Shown: positions 31,012 through 41,954 of the stretch, piece by piece | Layout of the letters: each line of letters starts with the position of its first letter | How positions within the stretch are numbered: the stretch's first letter is position 1 | Assembly (NCBI GenBank): GCA_963772455.1 | Contig: CAVYXJ010000010.1 | Span: 288,001 to 352,000, forward strand | Reading direction: 5' to 3' | Length of the DNA: 64,000 nucleotides | From: Candidatus Bathyarchaeota archaeon | GTDB lineage: Archaea; Thermoproteota; Bathyarchaeia; Bathyarchaeales; Bathycorpusculaceae | Program-made: the position numbers and the translations under genes | Notes under the pieces: model-generated | Database searches by the model: none | What the model saw: the letters and a program-made list of their open reading frames with translations, nothing else | What the model was told of the DNA's origin: nothing

Positions 31012-31713
31012 TCAGTGGAATTGAGTATCTTGTATTCCAGCTTCTCCTATTTGTACATAACACGTTACTTCTTCTTGAATTTCCTGTGCTTTTTCCAAAA
31101 CTACTTTAATTGTTTGAGGGTTATTGGTTGGTTTAAGGGCTATTATTGTGTCGGACCAGAATTTTAAAACTCGCGTCGCCACTGGTCTAACACTTGTACT
31201 TTGGTCGTTGAAGACGCTTCGTACTTGGCTTGTGATTATTACTGGAATTTTTTTTATTTTTGTGGTTTGCGCCAAAATAGCAAGTTGTCGGTTTAATTCT
31301 CGGTTAACCCCGAATGTTTTGGATTTAATTGAAGACTCAGAAACTTTTGCTCCGTAGAGCGACGTAAATGTATCTATTATTATTAATCCAACGTTTGTGC
31401 TTGTATAGTCGTTAATTTGGTCTATAAGCGCTATTTGTTCCTTAAAATTTTTGGGTTTCACCAGAATGATTCGCTCAGCAACTTCCTCAAATCGGTCTTC
31501 TGAAATTTGAAATAACCTTTTAGCATAGAAACTATTGTCACAATCAATAAAAAGCACTTTCAGGTTTTGGATAGCGCAATTAACAGCGCATTGAATTGCA
31601 AGGGTTGTTTTTCCAGTTTCAGGTTCACCGTAAATCAATGTGATTGTTTCAGGCAAGATGCCTCCTCTAAGGCTTGTGTCAATGCATTTGCAGCCTGTCT
31701 GAATAATAACCAT
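31012..31713 (-). CDS. radB: RadB-like RecA-family ATPase
   Basis: GEPETGKTT, IIIDT, TSQVRS; lacks the RadA N-terminal domain. Confidence 0.8.
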   Translation of the reverse strand: MVIIQTGCKCIDTSLRGGILPETITLIYGEPETGKTTLAIQCAVNCAIQNLKVLFIDCDNSFYAKRLFQISEDRFEEVAERIILVKPKNFKEQIALIDQINDYTSTNVGLIIIDTFTSLYGAKVSESSIKSKTFGVNRELNRQLAILAQTTKIKKIPVIITSQVRSVFNDQSTSVRPVATRVLKFWSDTIIALKPTNNPQTIKVVLEKAQEIQEEVTCYVQIGEAGIQDTQFH

Positions 31714-31788
31714 GCTTCACACGTCGAAGATTATTAACTGAAGCTAATAATGTATTTTGCACTTAAATCTATACTTTAAGGTTGCCAT

Positions 31789-32610
31789 ATGAAAGAAAAA
31801 GAGGCAGAGGCAACCGTTCAAGGTAAATCCTATTTTCTCATAGTTGCAAATTAAAAGAAAGATATTCCTTTATAGTGCTGCCAAGCGTCCAATGCCATGA
31901 GTGCATTTTATACAGTTGTAGCATGGTCGTAGGCACCCTAGACTATTCAGGAAAGAAACACTATATTTAAAAGAAAATAATTTGTCAAGAGTAGAAGAAA
32001 GTGAAAAATTTACTCTTCTTCTTCTAACAAATATATATTTCATCAGTTTAGTTCCTCAAGAATCTGTACCTGCCAAAATACCTTTAGTGATAACTACTGA
32101 ACAGGAAAAATCCTTAATAAAACACCAACACATCCTGATTTTCTGCGGGAAGATAAGCTTGACCGTCTAATTCATCAAGTAAAAATACTGCTTTAAAGAA
32201 AAACCGCTTTTCAAAAATTAGTAACATGCTCAATCCTGGTTTCGCTACTGGGATGGTTGTTATTGCTGAGGGAAAAGTTATTGGGGATGGTAACCGCTTA
32301 GCAATAAAGAATTAATTACCAGCAACTTTAAGATACTAAGAAATGTTAACTTTGAGGTCACAAGCGTTTATGTTAAGATTGGAAATGGAGTTCCTTTCTA
32401 CAAGCAATGCTTGAAGGTTTAGATAGCGATTTGCCCCCACAAGTAACACTAGAAGTGGTTGGTGCGGCAGGAATTAACAAACCTTTAAAAGAAAACAAAT
32501 CTAGCAGAAGAGTCAGACATATTTCCTAAGCCATACGAATAGCTGGAAAAAAAGGGGAAATCATTTCAAGGAGAAAAATATTTGCAGCACACAGTAGAAT
32601 CAAACAAAAC
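31789..32610 (+). pseudogene. Degraded gene, possible RNase H-like fold, with stops, frameshifts and an internal insert
   Basis: Collinear fragments MKEK..ATVQGKSYFLIV / NIYFISLVP..VITTEQEK / NPGFATGMVVIAEGKVI / VKIGNGVPFYK / LDSDLPPQVTLEVV..RRVRHIS*AIRIAGKKG. Confidence 0.65.
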
Positions 32611-33673
32611 AATGCTTGTCGATGGCCCAGCGTCAGTAAGGCTTGTTTTAGGAAAAGCTGAAGTGTTCGGATACCCAATGAAAGAATCACAACGAGTTTT
32701 GATTCAAATAGGAAAACGCCTTCCCTTTTTTGTCAGTGAAAAATCAACATTTGATGTCTCTTTAGGCGCCAGTTCTGGCATAGCCGAAACAATGGGCAGC
32801 ACAAATCCATCATCATGGAACACAGTGGTTGAAGCCATTTTGGGTTTGCCAAAGCGCCCTGCGGTTGTAATGATTTTGGGGGCAGCTGATTGTGGAAAAA
32901 GTAGTCTTTGCACTTATCTTGTAAATAAATTAGTTGATGGAAAATGTAAAGTTGCAATCTTAGACGGCGATTTAGGTCAATCCGACATAGGTCCCTCAGC
33001 CACCGTTGGTTACAGTTTAACATCTAAACAAATATCAGAATTATACGATTTAAAGCTGAAAAACGCTTTTTTTGTTGGTGTCACCTCTCCTCTTACAGCA
33101 TTGTCCAAAACCATTGAAGGTTTGGTTACAATGGAAGCTGAGATTATGAAGGGACAGGTTGATTTTGTTTTAATTAATACTGATGGCTTTGTTGATGGTG
33201 AAATTGCTGTTAAATACAAGGTTGACCTAGTCAAATCGCTTAAACCCGACATAATCATAGGCATACAAAAACAAGGTGAACTAGCACCCTTGATCAACTG
33301 CTTAGAGAGTCCAGCTTTCATAGTTGAACCATCTTTTGCTCTAAACCCTCGAACACCAGAAAAACGCAAACACCTCAGAGAAATGACTTATTCAAGATAC
33401 CTAAAAAACGCAAAACTGCAGATTTACCCCAAGAGTCAAGTGACTATCGAACCCAGAAACGCTATACCAAAAAACCAAGAACCAGAAAAAGGAATACTCG
33501 TCGGTTTATGTGGTCGAGGCAGCAAGTTTTTAGGAATCGGTGTGTTGCGTGAAGTTAATCAACTTCGGAAAGATCTGAAAGTTCAAACAGCAGTTTCAGC
33601 TAAACCCTTACGGATTATTATTGGAAAAGTAATTGTTAACGAGAAGCTTCAGGAAGTTCAGACTGAGTCCTAA
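32582..33673 (+). CDS. Clp1/Grc3-family polynucleotide 5'-kinase
   Basis: GAADCGKSS, DGDLGQSDIGP, INTDG. Confidence 0.9.
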   Translation: MQHTVESNKTMLVDGPASVRLVLGKAEVFGYPMKESQRVLIQIGKRLPFFVSEKSTFDVSLGASSGIAETMGSTNPSSWNTVVEAILGLPKRPAVVMILGAADCGKSSLCTYLVNKLVDGKCKVAILDGDLGQSDIGPSATVGYSLTSKQISELYDLKLKNAFFVGVTSPLTALSKTIEGLVTMEAEIMKGQVDFVLINTDGFVDGEIAVKYKVDLVKSLKPDIIIGIQKQGELAPLINCLESPAFIVEPSFALNPRTPEKRKHLREMTYSRYLKNAKLQIYPKSQVTIEPRNAIPKNQEPEKGILVGLCGRGSKFLGIGVLREVNQLRKDLKVQTAVSAKPLRIIIGKVIVNEKLQEVQTES

Positions 33674-35603
33674 AAAAATTGCTAACTTCAGAAGCTAAAA
33701 CGTCTTTTTTATCTGGCAAAATTTTCATTCCGTTAGTTATCCATGACGGCAAAAAGTTTTTACAGTAATTTGTTGCAAAACGAAAATCCAAGAACACAAT
33801 GGCGCCTCGATCCTCAAGTGTCCTTATAGGTCGCCCCGCAGCCTGCGAAGCCTTTTTCATAGCGGGCAAAACATAGCCGTATTCACGTCCAAACCCTGGA
33901 AAACATTTTTCATAATACTCAATTTGAGCTTTAATTCTTGGTGTTGGTTCGGCATAAGGCACGCCAACTACCACTACTGAATTCATTTGGTTGCCTGGAA
34001 AATCTACACCTTCTGATGTTCTTCCACCTTGAACGCCTAAAAATACGGCGCCGCCTTTATCGCCACAGGCTTTGAAGTCTTGAACCATTTTTTCGTTAGC
34101 TTTTGAAGTCATGCCTTTTCGTTCATAGAAGAGGGGTTTTAATAAAGCGTTTTCTAAACCTTCAGCTAACAAGGAATTTAGAACTTGGAAAGAAGCAGCG
34201 AAGATTCCTGTGTTAGTTGGAGTGCTATTTACAACTTCATTGATGCGTTCTACCATGGTTTGGTACATCTGGGGTGTTCTCTTATCCATCGATGTGGTTA
34301 CACCAAGAGAAACGGCGGCGAAAACATGTTCCTTTGGAAACGGTGAAGGAACAACAAACTTAACTGTGCTTTCCGGTAAACGAGTAATTCTTGCGAAAGC
34401 TTCCAGCGGCTGAAGTGTCCCCGACATAATGACATTGGCGTAGGTTGATGAGAAAACAGGTTGTGTAACCTTCGATGGGTCCAGCGCCACTATTTCTAGT
34501 TTGGTGGTTTTGTTGTTTTCTTTGTTGAAGTACCTGCTTGCTACATTGATGAATGAGTCATCTTTAATTGTATCGAACCATTTGAGCAGAAACTCACTCA
34601 TTGAATGAACATATGACCTTGGGTTTTTACCATCAGCCAACAAAGCCTTCTTAATAATTCCGCCTGCCTCATGCATGTGTTCAAAGAACTCTCTGGGACG
34701 TGGAATGTTGCCCTTTTTCTCGATAATTTCGATAATAATATTTGCTGAAATTATTTCTTCCCGGCTTATTTTATCCGTTATTTTTTCTATTTCAGTTCGG
34801 AAGAAAAAAATAAAATCCTCGATATCTTTGTGGCCGAATCGTGCAGCTTCCATCTCCGCTGCCCTCATAACGAAAAGCGAAAGGGTGCTTCCAGAGATGC
34901 TAATAGCAGTTTCAGGCAAATTATGTGCTTCATCAACAATTAGAATTATTTTCTGCAATTCCGTTTCAAGGTTCTTAACAAAAGCCGTTCGTATAACGGG
35001 GTCGAAGACATAGAGGTAGCTTAGTGCAATGACTTTAACGTCTGAGAGCCCTGCTTTTACAAGTTCATAAGGGCAGACTTCTTTCTTCTTGCAGATTCGC
35101 TGGATTTCTGAGCCCATATAGGGGCGGCTGGCTACCTGCTGTTGGAGTTGCAAGTAGTCATACGTACGCTCTTCTACGTTTGTGTAGAATGGGCATCTGC
35201 TTTTCGCTTTGAGGAGCTCGCACATTTCCATAAGTGACTTCGAATCAAAAGCGCCCTTAGAAGCGAAAACGTTAAGACACATTTCGTTACGGCCACGGAT
35301 TGAGAGGCCGGAGACTTGGTGTTTTCTAAATACTGCTCTTAACTCTTCAATGACACGATCATGTTGACGATGAGTTCGTGCTACATAGAGGATTTTGAGT
35401 TTTTTTTCGATCGCGATAGGCAAAACGGCGGATAGAGCTGAGATCGTTTTTCCCAAGCCATTACTGCCTTCGATTAAAACAGAACGCCTACCAGCTACTG
35501 CATTGTAGACAGTGGTTATGAAATCATCTTGATGAGGGCGTACGCTGTCATAGGGAAAGTATTCTGCAACTTGACTGGGAAGCTTAATCATACCTGATTT
35601 CAA
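33636..35603 (-). CDS. xpd: XPD/Rad3-family Fe-S DNA helicase
   Basis: GLGKT, Fe-S Cys residues, VDEAHN, MSGTL, SEGVDF, QAAGRPIR. Confidence 0.93.
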   Translation of the reverse strand: MKSGMIKLPSQVAEYFPYDSVRPHQDDFITTVYNAVAGRRSVLIEGSNGLGKTISALSAVLPIAIEKKLKILYVARTHRQHDRVIEELRAVFRKHQVSGLSIRGRNEMCLNVFASKGAFDSKSLMEMCELLKAKSRCPFYTNVEERTYDYLQLQQQVASRPYMGSEIQRICKKKEVCPYELVKAGLSDVKVIALSYLYVFDPVIRTAFVKNLETELQKIILIVDEAHNLPETAISISGSTLSLFVMRAAEMEAARFGHKDIEDFIFFFRTEIEKITDKISREEIISANIIIEIIEKKGNIPRPREFFEHMHEAGGIIKKALLADGKNPRSYVHSMSEFLLKWFDTIKDDSFINVASRYFNKENNKTTKLEIVALDPSKVTQPVFSSTYANVIMSGTLQPLEAFARITRLPESTVKFVVPSPFPKEHVFAAVSLGVTTSMDKRTPQMYQTMVERINEVVNSTPTNTGIFAASFQVLNSLLAEGLENALLKPLFYERKGMTSKANEKMVQDFKACGDKGGAVFLGVQGGRTSEGVDFPGNQMNSVVVVGVPYAEPTPRIKAQIEYYEKCFPGFGREYGYVLPAMKKASQAAGRPIRTLEDRGAIVFLDFRFATNYCKNFLPSWITNGMKILPDKKDVLASEVSNFFRTQSELPEASR

Positions 35604-35975
35604 TCTTTTTGATTTCTCCTCATGAAAGGCAAAAATTCCTGTAACATATTAGAGCTTGCAGTAATGCACATAGTGATCATTTTTGCCTCCCTCATCTGAA
35701 AATACAGCCACAAATATGGTTTGCAAACTATAAATACCAATTGCGATAACAACAGATGTTTGAGAACCAGACGGATCAAGAGCTGATAGAATATTCAAAA
35801 ATTGCTCCGCCAAAGTTAGTAGGGATGAGGTTAAGGAGGTACGTCTTGGTCTATTGAATCGCTCCACAGACCCACTGGCATTGTTGTTGGGGTTTTGCGT
35901 TAATAGGAAAGGTTTTTAGTATAGTTATTATATGAGACAGTGAAAAAGTGTATAGTGTAAAGTGAGGTTAACATT

Positions 35976-36704
35976 ATGTCTGTATTTGCAGCCCCAGGAG
36001 CATATGACCGTGCCATTACCGTTTTCTCGCCCGATGGACGACTCTTCCAAGTAGAATACGCGATGGAACTAGTGAACCGCGGAGCCACAATAATAGGTAT
36101 CCAATCCACAGAAGGTTTAGTTCTCGGTTCAGAAGAAAACATCGAAGTCCTTGAAGAAGCAGGATTTTCGTGGAAAATCTTTCGAGTAGATGACCATATT
36201 GGCGCAGCCATAGTTGGCTTAAGCTCCGATGCAAGAATCCTAATTGATCAAGCAAGAATTTACGCTCAAAGCAACAAATTAACTTACGACGAACCCATCG
36301 ACGTGGAAGTTGTAACTAAACGTATATGCGACATCCAACAAATGTACACACAACACGCAGGTGTACGGCCTTTCGGCGTCTCCATTATCTTCGGAGGAGT
36401 CGACAAAACAGGAACTCGTGTCTTCGGAACACACCCAAGCGGAACTTATAGAGGCTATAAAGCTACAGCATTAGGCGCAGGTAGAGAAACAGTTCTCGCT
36501 ATTCTAAAAGAAGATTACAAAGAAGACTTAACTCTCGATAATAGCATAAAACTCACAGTCAAATGTTTGGTGAAAGCCCTTGAAGCCCGCCAACTCCCGC
36601 CGAGAATAAAAATCGCAATCATCCCTGCTGCAACACAGAAAATGGAAATGCTAAACGATAATACTGTGGAAGGTTACATCAAAGAGCTGGGTTCAAGCAA
36701 GTGA
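35976..36704 (+). CDS. psmA: Proteasome alpha subunit
   Basis: YDRAITVFSPDGRLFQVEYA. Confidence 0.97.
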   Translation: MSVFAAPGAYDRAITVFSPDGRLFQVEYAMELVNRGATIIGIQSTEGLVLGSEENIEVLEEAGFSWKIFRVDDHIGAAIVGLSSDARILIDQARIYAQSNKLTYDEPIDVEVVTKRICDIQQMYTQHAGVRPFGVSIIFGGVDKTGTRVFGTHPSGTYRGYKATALGAGRETVLAILKEDYKEDLTLDNSIKLTVKCLVKALEARQLPPRIKIAIIPAATQKMEMLNDNTVEGYIKELGSSK

Positions 36705-36711
36705 AAAATTA

Positions 36712-37401
36712 ATGAGCGAAAAGTTCACCGTCGCGCGCTTAACAAGAGAAAATGAGCATTTTGAAATACTAGTTAAACCACAGAAAGCGCTCGACTACCG
36801 AAACGGAAAAATCGCGGGAATAACCGAGGTTTTAGCCGCTGAAATGATTTTCGCTGATGCTAACAAAGGCACCAAAGTTTCTGAAGAAGCAATGAAAAAA
36901 GCCTTCAAAACGTGTGATCCATTAAAAATTGCAGATGAAATAATAAAGAAAGGCACTCTGCAATTGACCACCGACCAAAGACGTAAAATGGTGGAAGATA
37001 AGAAAAGGCAAATAATAGATTTTATTTCTCACCAAGCAGTTGACCCAAAAACAAATTTGCCACATCCTCCAGCAAGAATTGAAAATGCAATGGAGCAAAT
37101 TCGTTATCCAATAGATCCATATAAGCCGATTGAGGAACAAGCCAAAGACATAGTTAAACTTCTCCGACCAATCTTACCCCTTAAAATAGAGCAGGTAACT
37201 GTTGCCGTGAAAATACCCACACAACATGCTGCAAGAGCTTATGGAACAGTCAAAACGTTAGGAACCATCAAGCGGGAAGAATGGCGCGGTGATGGTTCAT
37301 GGTATGGCGAAATCGAATTACCAGCAGGATCATACTCTTCGTTGATAAACAAACTTGGAGACGCAACCAAGGGAACGGGAGAAGCAAAAATAATCTCTTA
37401 G
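36712..37401 (+). CDS. Ribosome maturation factor SBDS/Sdo1
   Basis: FEILV, QLTTDQRR, DPKTNLPHPPARIE. Confidence 0.95.
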   Translation: MSEKFTVARLTRENEHFEILVKPQKALDYRNGKIAGITEVLAAEMIFADANKGTKVSEEAMKKAFKTCDPLKIADEIIKKGTLQLTTDQRRKMVEDKKRQIIDFISHQAVDPKTNLPHPPARIENAMEQIRYPIDPYKPIEEQAKDIVKLLRPILPLKIEQVTVAVKIPTQHAARAYGTVKTLGTIKREEWRGDGSWYGEIELPAGSYSSLINKLGDATKGTGEAKIIS

Positions 37402-37428
37402 TAATGAAAAAAAATGATAGGTGATTTT

Positions 37429-38142
37429 ATGCCAACATTCTTTGAAAAAAAACAGCTTGTTACGCCCGGAGAAATGCTCGCTGAAGGCGACTATTTACCT
37501 GGCGAAAACACGTATGTAGAAGCAGGCAAGATTTATGCCTCAAGGATTGGACTCGTAGACAGCGATAACAAAAAAGTAAACGTTGTTGCATTAAGGGCAT
37601 TTTACGTCCCAAAAATGGGTGATATAGTGATAGGAACAGTCATCGAAGTAGGCTTCAATGGCTGGACAGTCGATATTAAAGCACCCTACACAGCGATGCT
37701 TCGAGCATCAGACGTACTTAGCAGACCCTTTAAACCCCAAAACGACGAGTTATCCCAAGTCTTAACAGCAGGCGACTTAATCGTTGCCAAAATCGCGACC
37801 TTCGATAGAGCACACGACCCACAATTAACAGTGGGAGAACCAGGACTTGGAAAAATTACTCGAGGCCAAATCCTACATGTGACCCCAACAAAGATTCCCC
37901 GAATTATCGGACGGAAGGGTTCAATGATTTCAATGATAAAGCAAGAAACCAACTGCCAAATAATCCTTGGATTGAACGGAGTCATCTTGGTCACTGGCAA
38001 AACCTTGGAAGAAGAGGAACTCGCTATTTTCGTGATTCGAAAGATTGAGGAAGAATCCCATACAAGCGGTCTTACTGATCGCATTACACAGTTGTTAAAA
38101 GAAAAGAAAATAGTTAAAGTGGAGGAAAATAAAGTTGAATGA
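37429..38142 (+). CDS. rrp4: Exosome RNA-binding subunit Rrp4
   Basis: S1 plus KH domains ([11 protein letters not shown]). Confidence 0.95.
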   Translation: MPTFFEKKQLVTPGEMLAEGDYLPGENTYVEAGKIYASRIGLVDSDNKKVNVVALRAFYVPKMGDIVIGTVIEVGFNGWTVDIKAPYTAMLRASDVLSRPFKPQNDELSQVLTAGDLIVAKIATFDRAHDPQLTVGEPGLGKITRGQILHVTPTKIPRIIGRKGSMISMIKQETNCQIILGLNGVILVTGKTLEEEELAIFVIRKIEEESHTSGLTDRITQLLKEKKIVKVEENKVE

Positions 38143-38869
38143 AAAACCAGATAAATTAATCGATAAAAAAGGCATCCGATTAGACGGTAGAAAAGCGGAT
38201 GAACTTCGCCCTGTTAAGCTTCAAGTAGGCGTCTTGTCACACGCTGATGGATCAGCCTATATTGAACATGGAAAAAACAAAATTTTAGTCGGCGTTTTTG
38301 GTCCAAGAGAAGTGCATCCAAAACACTTGATGCAACCAGACCGCATGGTTTTGAAAGTTCGATATCACATGGCGCCATTTTCTGTTCAGGAAAGAAAATC
38401 CCCCGCACCATCCAGAAGAGAAGTTGAACTCTCAAAAGTCATAAAAGAATCTTTAGAACCAGCCCTATTCTTGGAATTGTATCCACGAACAGGAGTTGAC
38501 GTTTTTATTGAAGTCTTGCAAGCTGACGGAGGAACAAGATGTGCAGCTATCACCGCAGCAGCCCTAGCAATCGCAGACGCAGGTGTTCCAATGCGTGACT
38601 TAGTTGTAGGTTGTGCAGCTGGAAAAGTTGACGACACTGTAGTGCTAGACCTATACGATGCCGAAGACAAACTTGGCGCAGCAGACGTACCAGTAGCTTA
38701 TATGCCCGCTTTAAACGCAATTACCTTGTTGCAAATGGATGGCATTTTAGAGCCTGCAGAATTCGAAAAAGCTGTTTACATGGCTATGGAAGGCTGCAAG
38801 AAAATCTATGAAATGCAAAAGGAAGCGTTAAAGACCAAGTATATGGTTGTTAAAGAGGTTGAAGAATAA
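38135..38869 (+). CDS. rrp41: Exosome subunit Rrp41
   Basis: RLDGR..ELR, ADGSAY, QADGGTR. Confidence 0.96.
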   Translation: MNEKPDKLIDKKGIRLDGRKADELRPVKLQVGVLSHADGSAYIEHGKNKILVGVFGPREVHPKHLMQPDRMVLKVRYHMAPFSVQERKSPAPSRREVELSKVIKESLEPALFLELYPRTGVDVFIEVLQADGGTRCAAITAAALAIADAGVPMRDLVVGCAAGKVDDTVVLDLYDAEDKLGAADVPVAYMPALNAITLLQMDGILEPAEFEKAVYMAMEGCKKIYEMQKEALKTKYMVVKEVEE

Positions 38870-39660
38870 TGTCATCACTTGTAACTAAAGTTAGACTAAA
38901 GCAAATAGAACAACTAATCGAAAAAGGCAAACGCCTAGACGACAGAGGCTTGCTTGATACCCGCGAAATCAAAATTGAACAAGGTCTAATCGAGAAAGCT
39001 GAAGGATCCGCAAGAGTTTTCCTTGGAAAAACTGAAGTCCTAGTAGGCGTCAAAGTCGGACTTGGAGAACCATTCCCAGATACACCAAACGACGGTGTCT
39101 TAACAGTAAACGCAGAATTAGTTCCATTAGCTTCACCAAACTTTGAACCAGGACCACCAGACGAAAGTTCAATCGAACTAGCTCGAGTTGTAGATAGAGG
39201 CATCAGAGAATCAAAATGTGTCGATACTGAGAAACTTTGCATTGAACCAGGCAAGAAAGTGTTCGTTGTCTTCGTTGACATTTACGTACTCAACCACGAT
39301 GGAAACTTGATTGACGCAGCGGCGTTAGCAGCTATGGCAGCTCTCATAAATACAAAAATGCCCAACTATGAAATCAAAGATGGCGAACTAAAAATGAAGC
39401 AAGGCTACACTCAACTGCCACTTAAGAGCCATCCAATTACAGTCACCACAGGCAAAATTAACAACCATCTGTTTACTGATCCATGGATTGAAGAAGAACA
39501 AGTCATGGATTCACGTATAACATTTGCAACAAAAGAAGATGGAACTATATGCGCAATTCAGAAAGGCGGCTCTAGCTATTTCACACCGCAACAGATTTTA
39601 GAAGCCTCAAAGATTGCTCTGGACAAAGCAGCAGAACTGCGCAAGAAACTTGATTGGTGA
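38869..39660 (+). CDS. rrp42: Exosome subunit Rrp42
   Basis: AEGSA, PFPDTP, FEPGPPDE, DGNL.DA. Confidence 0.96.
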   Translation: MSSLVTKVRLKQIEQLIEKGKRLDDRGLLDTREIKIEQGLIEKAEGSARVFLGKTEVLVGVKVGLGEPFPDTPNDGVLTVNAELVPLASPNFEPGPPDESSIELARVVDRGIRESKCVDTEKLCIEPGKKVFVVFVDIYVLNHDGNLIDAAALAAMAALINTKMPNYEIKDGELKMKQGYTQLPLKSHPITVTTGKINNHLFTDPWIEEEQVMDSRITFATKEDGTICAIQKGGSSYFTPQQILEASKIALDKAAELRKKLDW

Positions 39661-39668
39661 GATAAAAG

Positions 39669-39992
39669 TTGCCTAAAATGAAGAAAGTCGGTCCAACACG
39701 AGGTCTAGGGGTACGTTACGGCTCCACAGTAAGAAAACGCTATATGAAAGTAATGATTGAACTCAAGAAACCCCACAGATGTCCACAATGCGGATTTAAC
39801 CGCGTTAAACGTGAAAGCGTTGGCATTTGGAAATGCAAAAAATGCGAGTTCACTTTTGCAGGCGGAGCATATACACCAGTAACTAAATTAGGTGTTGTGG
39901 CCAAACGTGCAGCTAAAGGTGCGCCAATTGAAGAAACGGCGAAAGCTGTGGCGGCTGTCGAGTCGGCAACTGAAGAAGATAACAACGAGTAA
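39669..39992 (+). CDS. rpl37ae: 50S ribosomal protein L37ae (eL43)
   Basis: G.RYG..RK, CPQC..GIWKC..C..AGGAY. Confidence 0.95.
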   Translation: MPKMKKVGPTRGLGVRYGSTVRKRYMKVMIELKKPHRCPQCGFNRVKRESVGIWKCKKCEFTFAGGAYTPVTKLGVVAKRAAKGAPIEETAKAVAAVESATEEDNNE

Positions 39993-40075
39993 ACATTTTC
40001 TTTCTTTTAATTTTTTTATTTCTATTTTTATTTATTACTCTAAAGGTCATGTCTTAGCATTGGAGCTGCTGAATT

Positions 40076-40330
40076 GTGATTGGCGCAAAGGCTTTTATTC
40101 GCCTAAAATTTAATTCACAGAAACAACTTTCTACGCTTCTTGAAGCTTTAACGCCAGAAACCAAAGCCCAAGTTACAAGGCGAGCCAACGTTATGCTTGA
40201 AGCCGAGGGGTTATTTCTCGTATTGACTGTTGAGGCTAATGACACAGTTGCTCTGCGTGCAACATTGAATGCTTATCTACGATGGATAAATTCTATGGTT
40301 AATGTTATACAAATGGTTGAAAGTACTTAA
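40076..40330 (+). CDS. pcc1: KEOPS subunit Pcc1
   Basis: ALTPE, A.DTVALRATLNAYLRW. Confidence 0.9.
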   Translation: MIGAKAFIRLKFNSQKQLSTLLEALTPETKAQVTRRANVMLEAEGLFLVLTVEANDTVALRATLNAYLRWINSMVNVIQMVEST

Positions 40331-40428
40331 TTTTAGAAAATTTTAAAAATAGTTTTTAACGTATTTGATAACCTTATTGAGATTCATAACAGAGACTTAA
40401 GATGTGAAATGTACAAAGTTAAAGAAAA

Positions 40429-40683
40429 TTATTTGTATTTTGTTTTGAAAAACAAAATCACTATTGCTTGAATAAACGCCAAAGAATTTGCAACAATAAT
40501 CGGTAAGTCATTAACGAAAATCCCATATACAAACCATAAGAGCACTCCAGCCCCAAAGAGGGTGAACATCCCTGTGGAGATATCTTTGGTGGATTTTGTT
40601 TTGTAAACTTTGATTAATTGTGGAAGAAGCGAGACTGTTGTAAATAACGCGGCTACAAGCCCGATAATTGTTATTGCATCCAT
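40429..40683 (-). CDS. SemiSWEET (PQ-loop) transporter
   Basis: TVSLLPQLIK..TKSTKDIS, W..YG, PIIVAN. Confidence 0.92.
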   Translation of the reverse strand: MDAITIIGLVAALFTTVSLLPQLIKVYKTKSTKDISTGMFTLFGAGVLLWFVYGIFVNDLPIIVANSLAFIQAIVILFFKTKYK

Positions 40684-40800
40684 GAATGCACTTTTTGCTT
40701 AAGAGAAGTATTTAGCTTTCGATTACCAAAAGTAGTTTATTCATACGTAAAATGCAAAAATTAGGATTTTACATTTACCGTTGATGATACTTTTTGGAAA

Positions 40801-40817
40801 GGAAGGTTTAAATAAAT
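40801..40817 (+). promoter_or_regulatory. BRE/TATA promoter of rps13 operon
   Basis: GGAAGG-TTTAAATA upstream of rps13. Confidence 0.55.
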
Positions 40818-40869
40818 ACCGCCATATTTCGTATATGCTTTAAAGTTAAAAAACGGATGAAAACTTAGC

Positions 40870-41361
40870 ATGTCGTCACAGGAATATCGCTATATACTTC
40901 GTATAATGGGTACAGACGTTCAAGGTACCTTGAAGACTTATTACGCTGTCGCGCAAGTCAAAGGGGTAAGTGCAGCTCTCGCAAACGCAGTTATTAAAAA
41001 AGCGGGAGTAAACCCTGATCTACGCGTTGGTTTTATAACAGAATCAGACATCAACAAAATCGAGGATGTAATTAAGGACCCAGCAAAATATGGTATTCCA
41101 AGCTGGATGTTTAATCGTCGAAAAGACACAGACTCTGGAAAGGACCAACATATTTTGAGTTCTGAACTTGCATTCAAAATTAAAACTGACATTGATCAAG
41201 CTAAAGAAATCAGGTCTTGGCGTGGATACCGCCATGCTTACAGCCTGAAAGTACGTGGCCAACGAACAAAAACCACTGGAAGAGCAGGCAAAGCCTTAGG
41301 AGTTAAGAAGAAGACTCTAATGCAAAAGCCAGGTGGAGCACCAGCAGAAGGAGGCAAATAA
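40870..41361 (+). CDS. rps13: 30S ribosomal protein S13
   Basis: [19 protein letters not shown]. Confidence 0.97.
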   Translation: MSSQEYRYILRIMGTDVQGTLKTYYAVAQVKGVSAALANAVIKKAGVNPDLRVGFITESDINKIEDVIKDPAKYGIPSWMFNRRKDTDSGKDQHILSSELAFKIKTDIDQAKEIRSWRGYRHAYSLKVRGQRTKTTGRAGKALGVKKKTLMQKPGGAPAEGGK

Positions 41362-41363
41362 AC

Positions 41364-41954
41364 ATGGGAGATCCGAAGAAACAGCGTAAGAAATTTGATA
41401 CTCCACGTTTCCGATGGCGAAAAGATGTCCTCCAAGAAGAACTAAAACTCTTGGGTCAATTCGGTCTAAGAAACAAACATGAACTCTGGCGTCACAAAAC
41501 TTCTCTATCCAAATACAGAAGCATCGCCAGATCACTCATCAGCAAAACTACTGAAGAACGAGCAAAAATGGAAAATGAATTGCTCGCGCAACTGAAGAAG
41601 AAAGGCATCTTGGATGAGACTACAGTGCTGGACAATGTTTTAGACTTAACCATTGAAGACATATTGGAACGAAGACTGCAAACAGTAGTTTTCCGAAAAG
41701 GCTTAGCCAGAACTATTTTCCAGTCACGCCAACTAATCACACATGGACATGTAACAATAGATGGTCGCCGAGTAACAATCCCCGGCTATATAGTTCTAAA
41801 AGAGGATGAAGCAAAAATAGTATATTCACCAGAAAGCGCAATAGCCGTTCCAGAACACGCATTACGCGTTGGATTAACAGTGGTGGCTAAACAAGTTGAA
41901 GCTAGACCACCTCAAAGAGGTCGCAGAGGCGGACGCGGAGGCGGCAGATTTTGA
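41364..41954 (+). CDS. rps4: 30S ribosomal protein S4
   Basis: [28 protein letters not shown]. Confidence 0.97.
   Translation: MGDPKKQRKKFDTPRFRWRKDVLQEELKLLGQFGLRNKHELWRHKTSLSKYRSIARSLISKTTEERAKMENELLAQLKKKGILDETTVLDNVLDLTIEDILERRLQTVVFRKGLARTIFQSRQLITHGHVTIDGRRVTIPGYIVLKEDEAKIVYSPESAIAVPEHALRVGLTVVAKQVEARPPQRGRRGGRGGGRF

Noticed and set aside
33636-33673. 38-bp convergent overlap of clp1 and xpd
   Set aside because: Common in compact archaeal genomes
35610-35930. Spacer upstream of psmA as a pop5/rpp30 remnant or RNA gene
   Set aside because: No recognisable motif or convincing structure; the 72-aa ORF is unsupported
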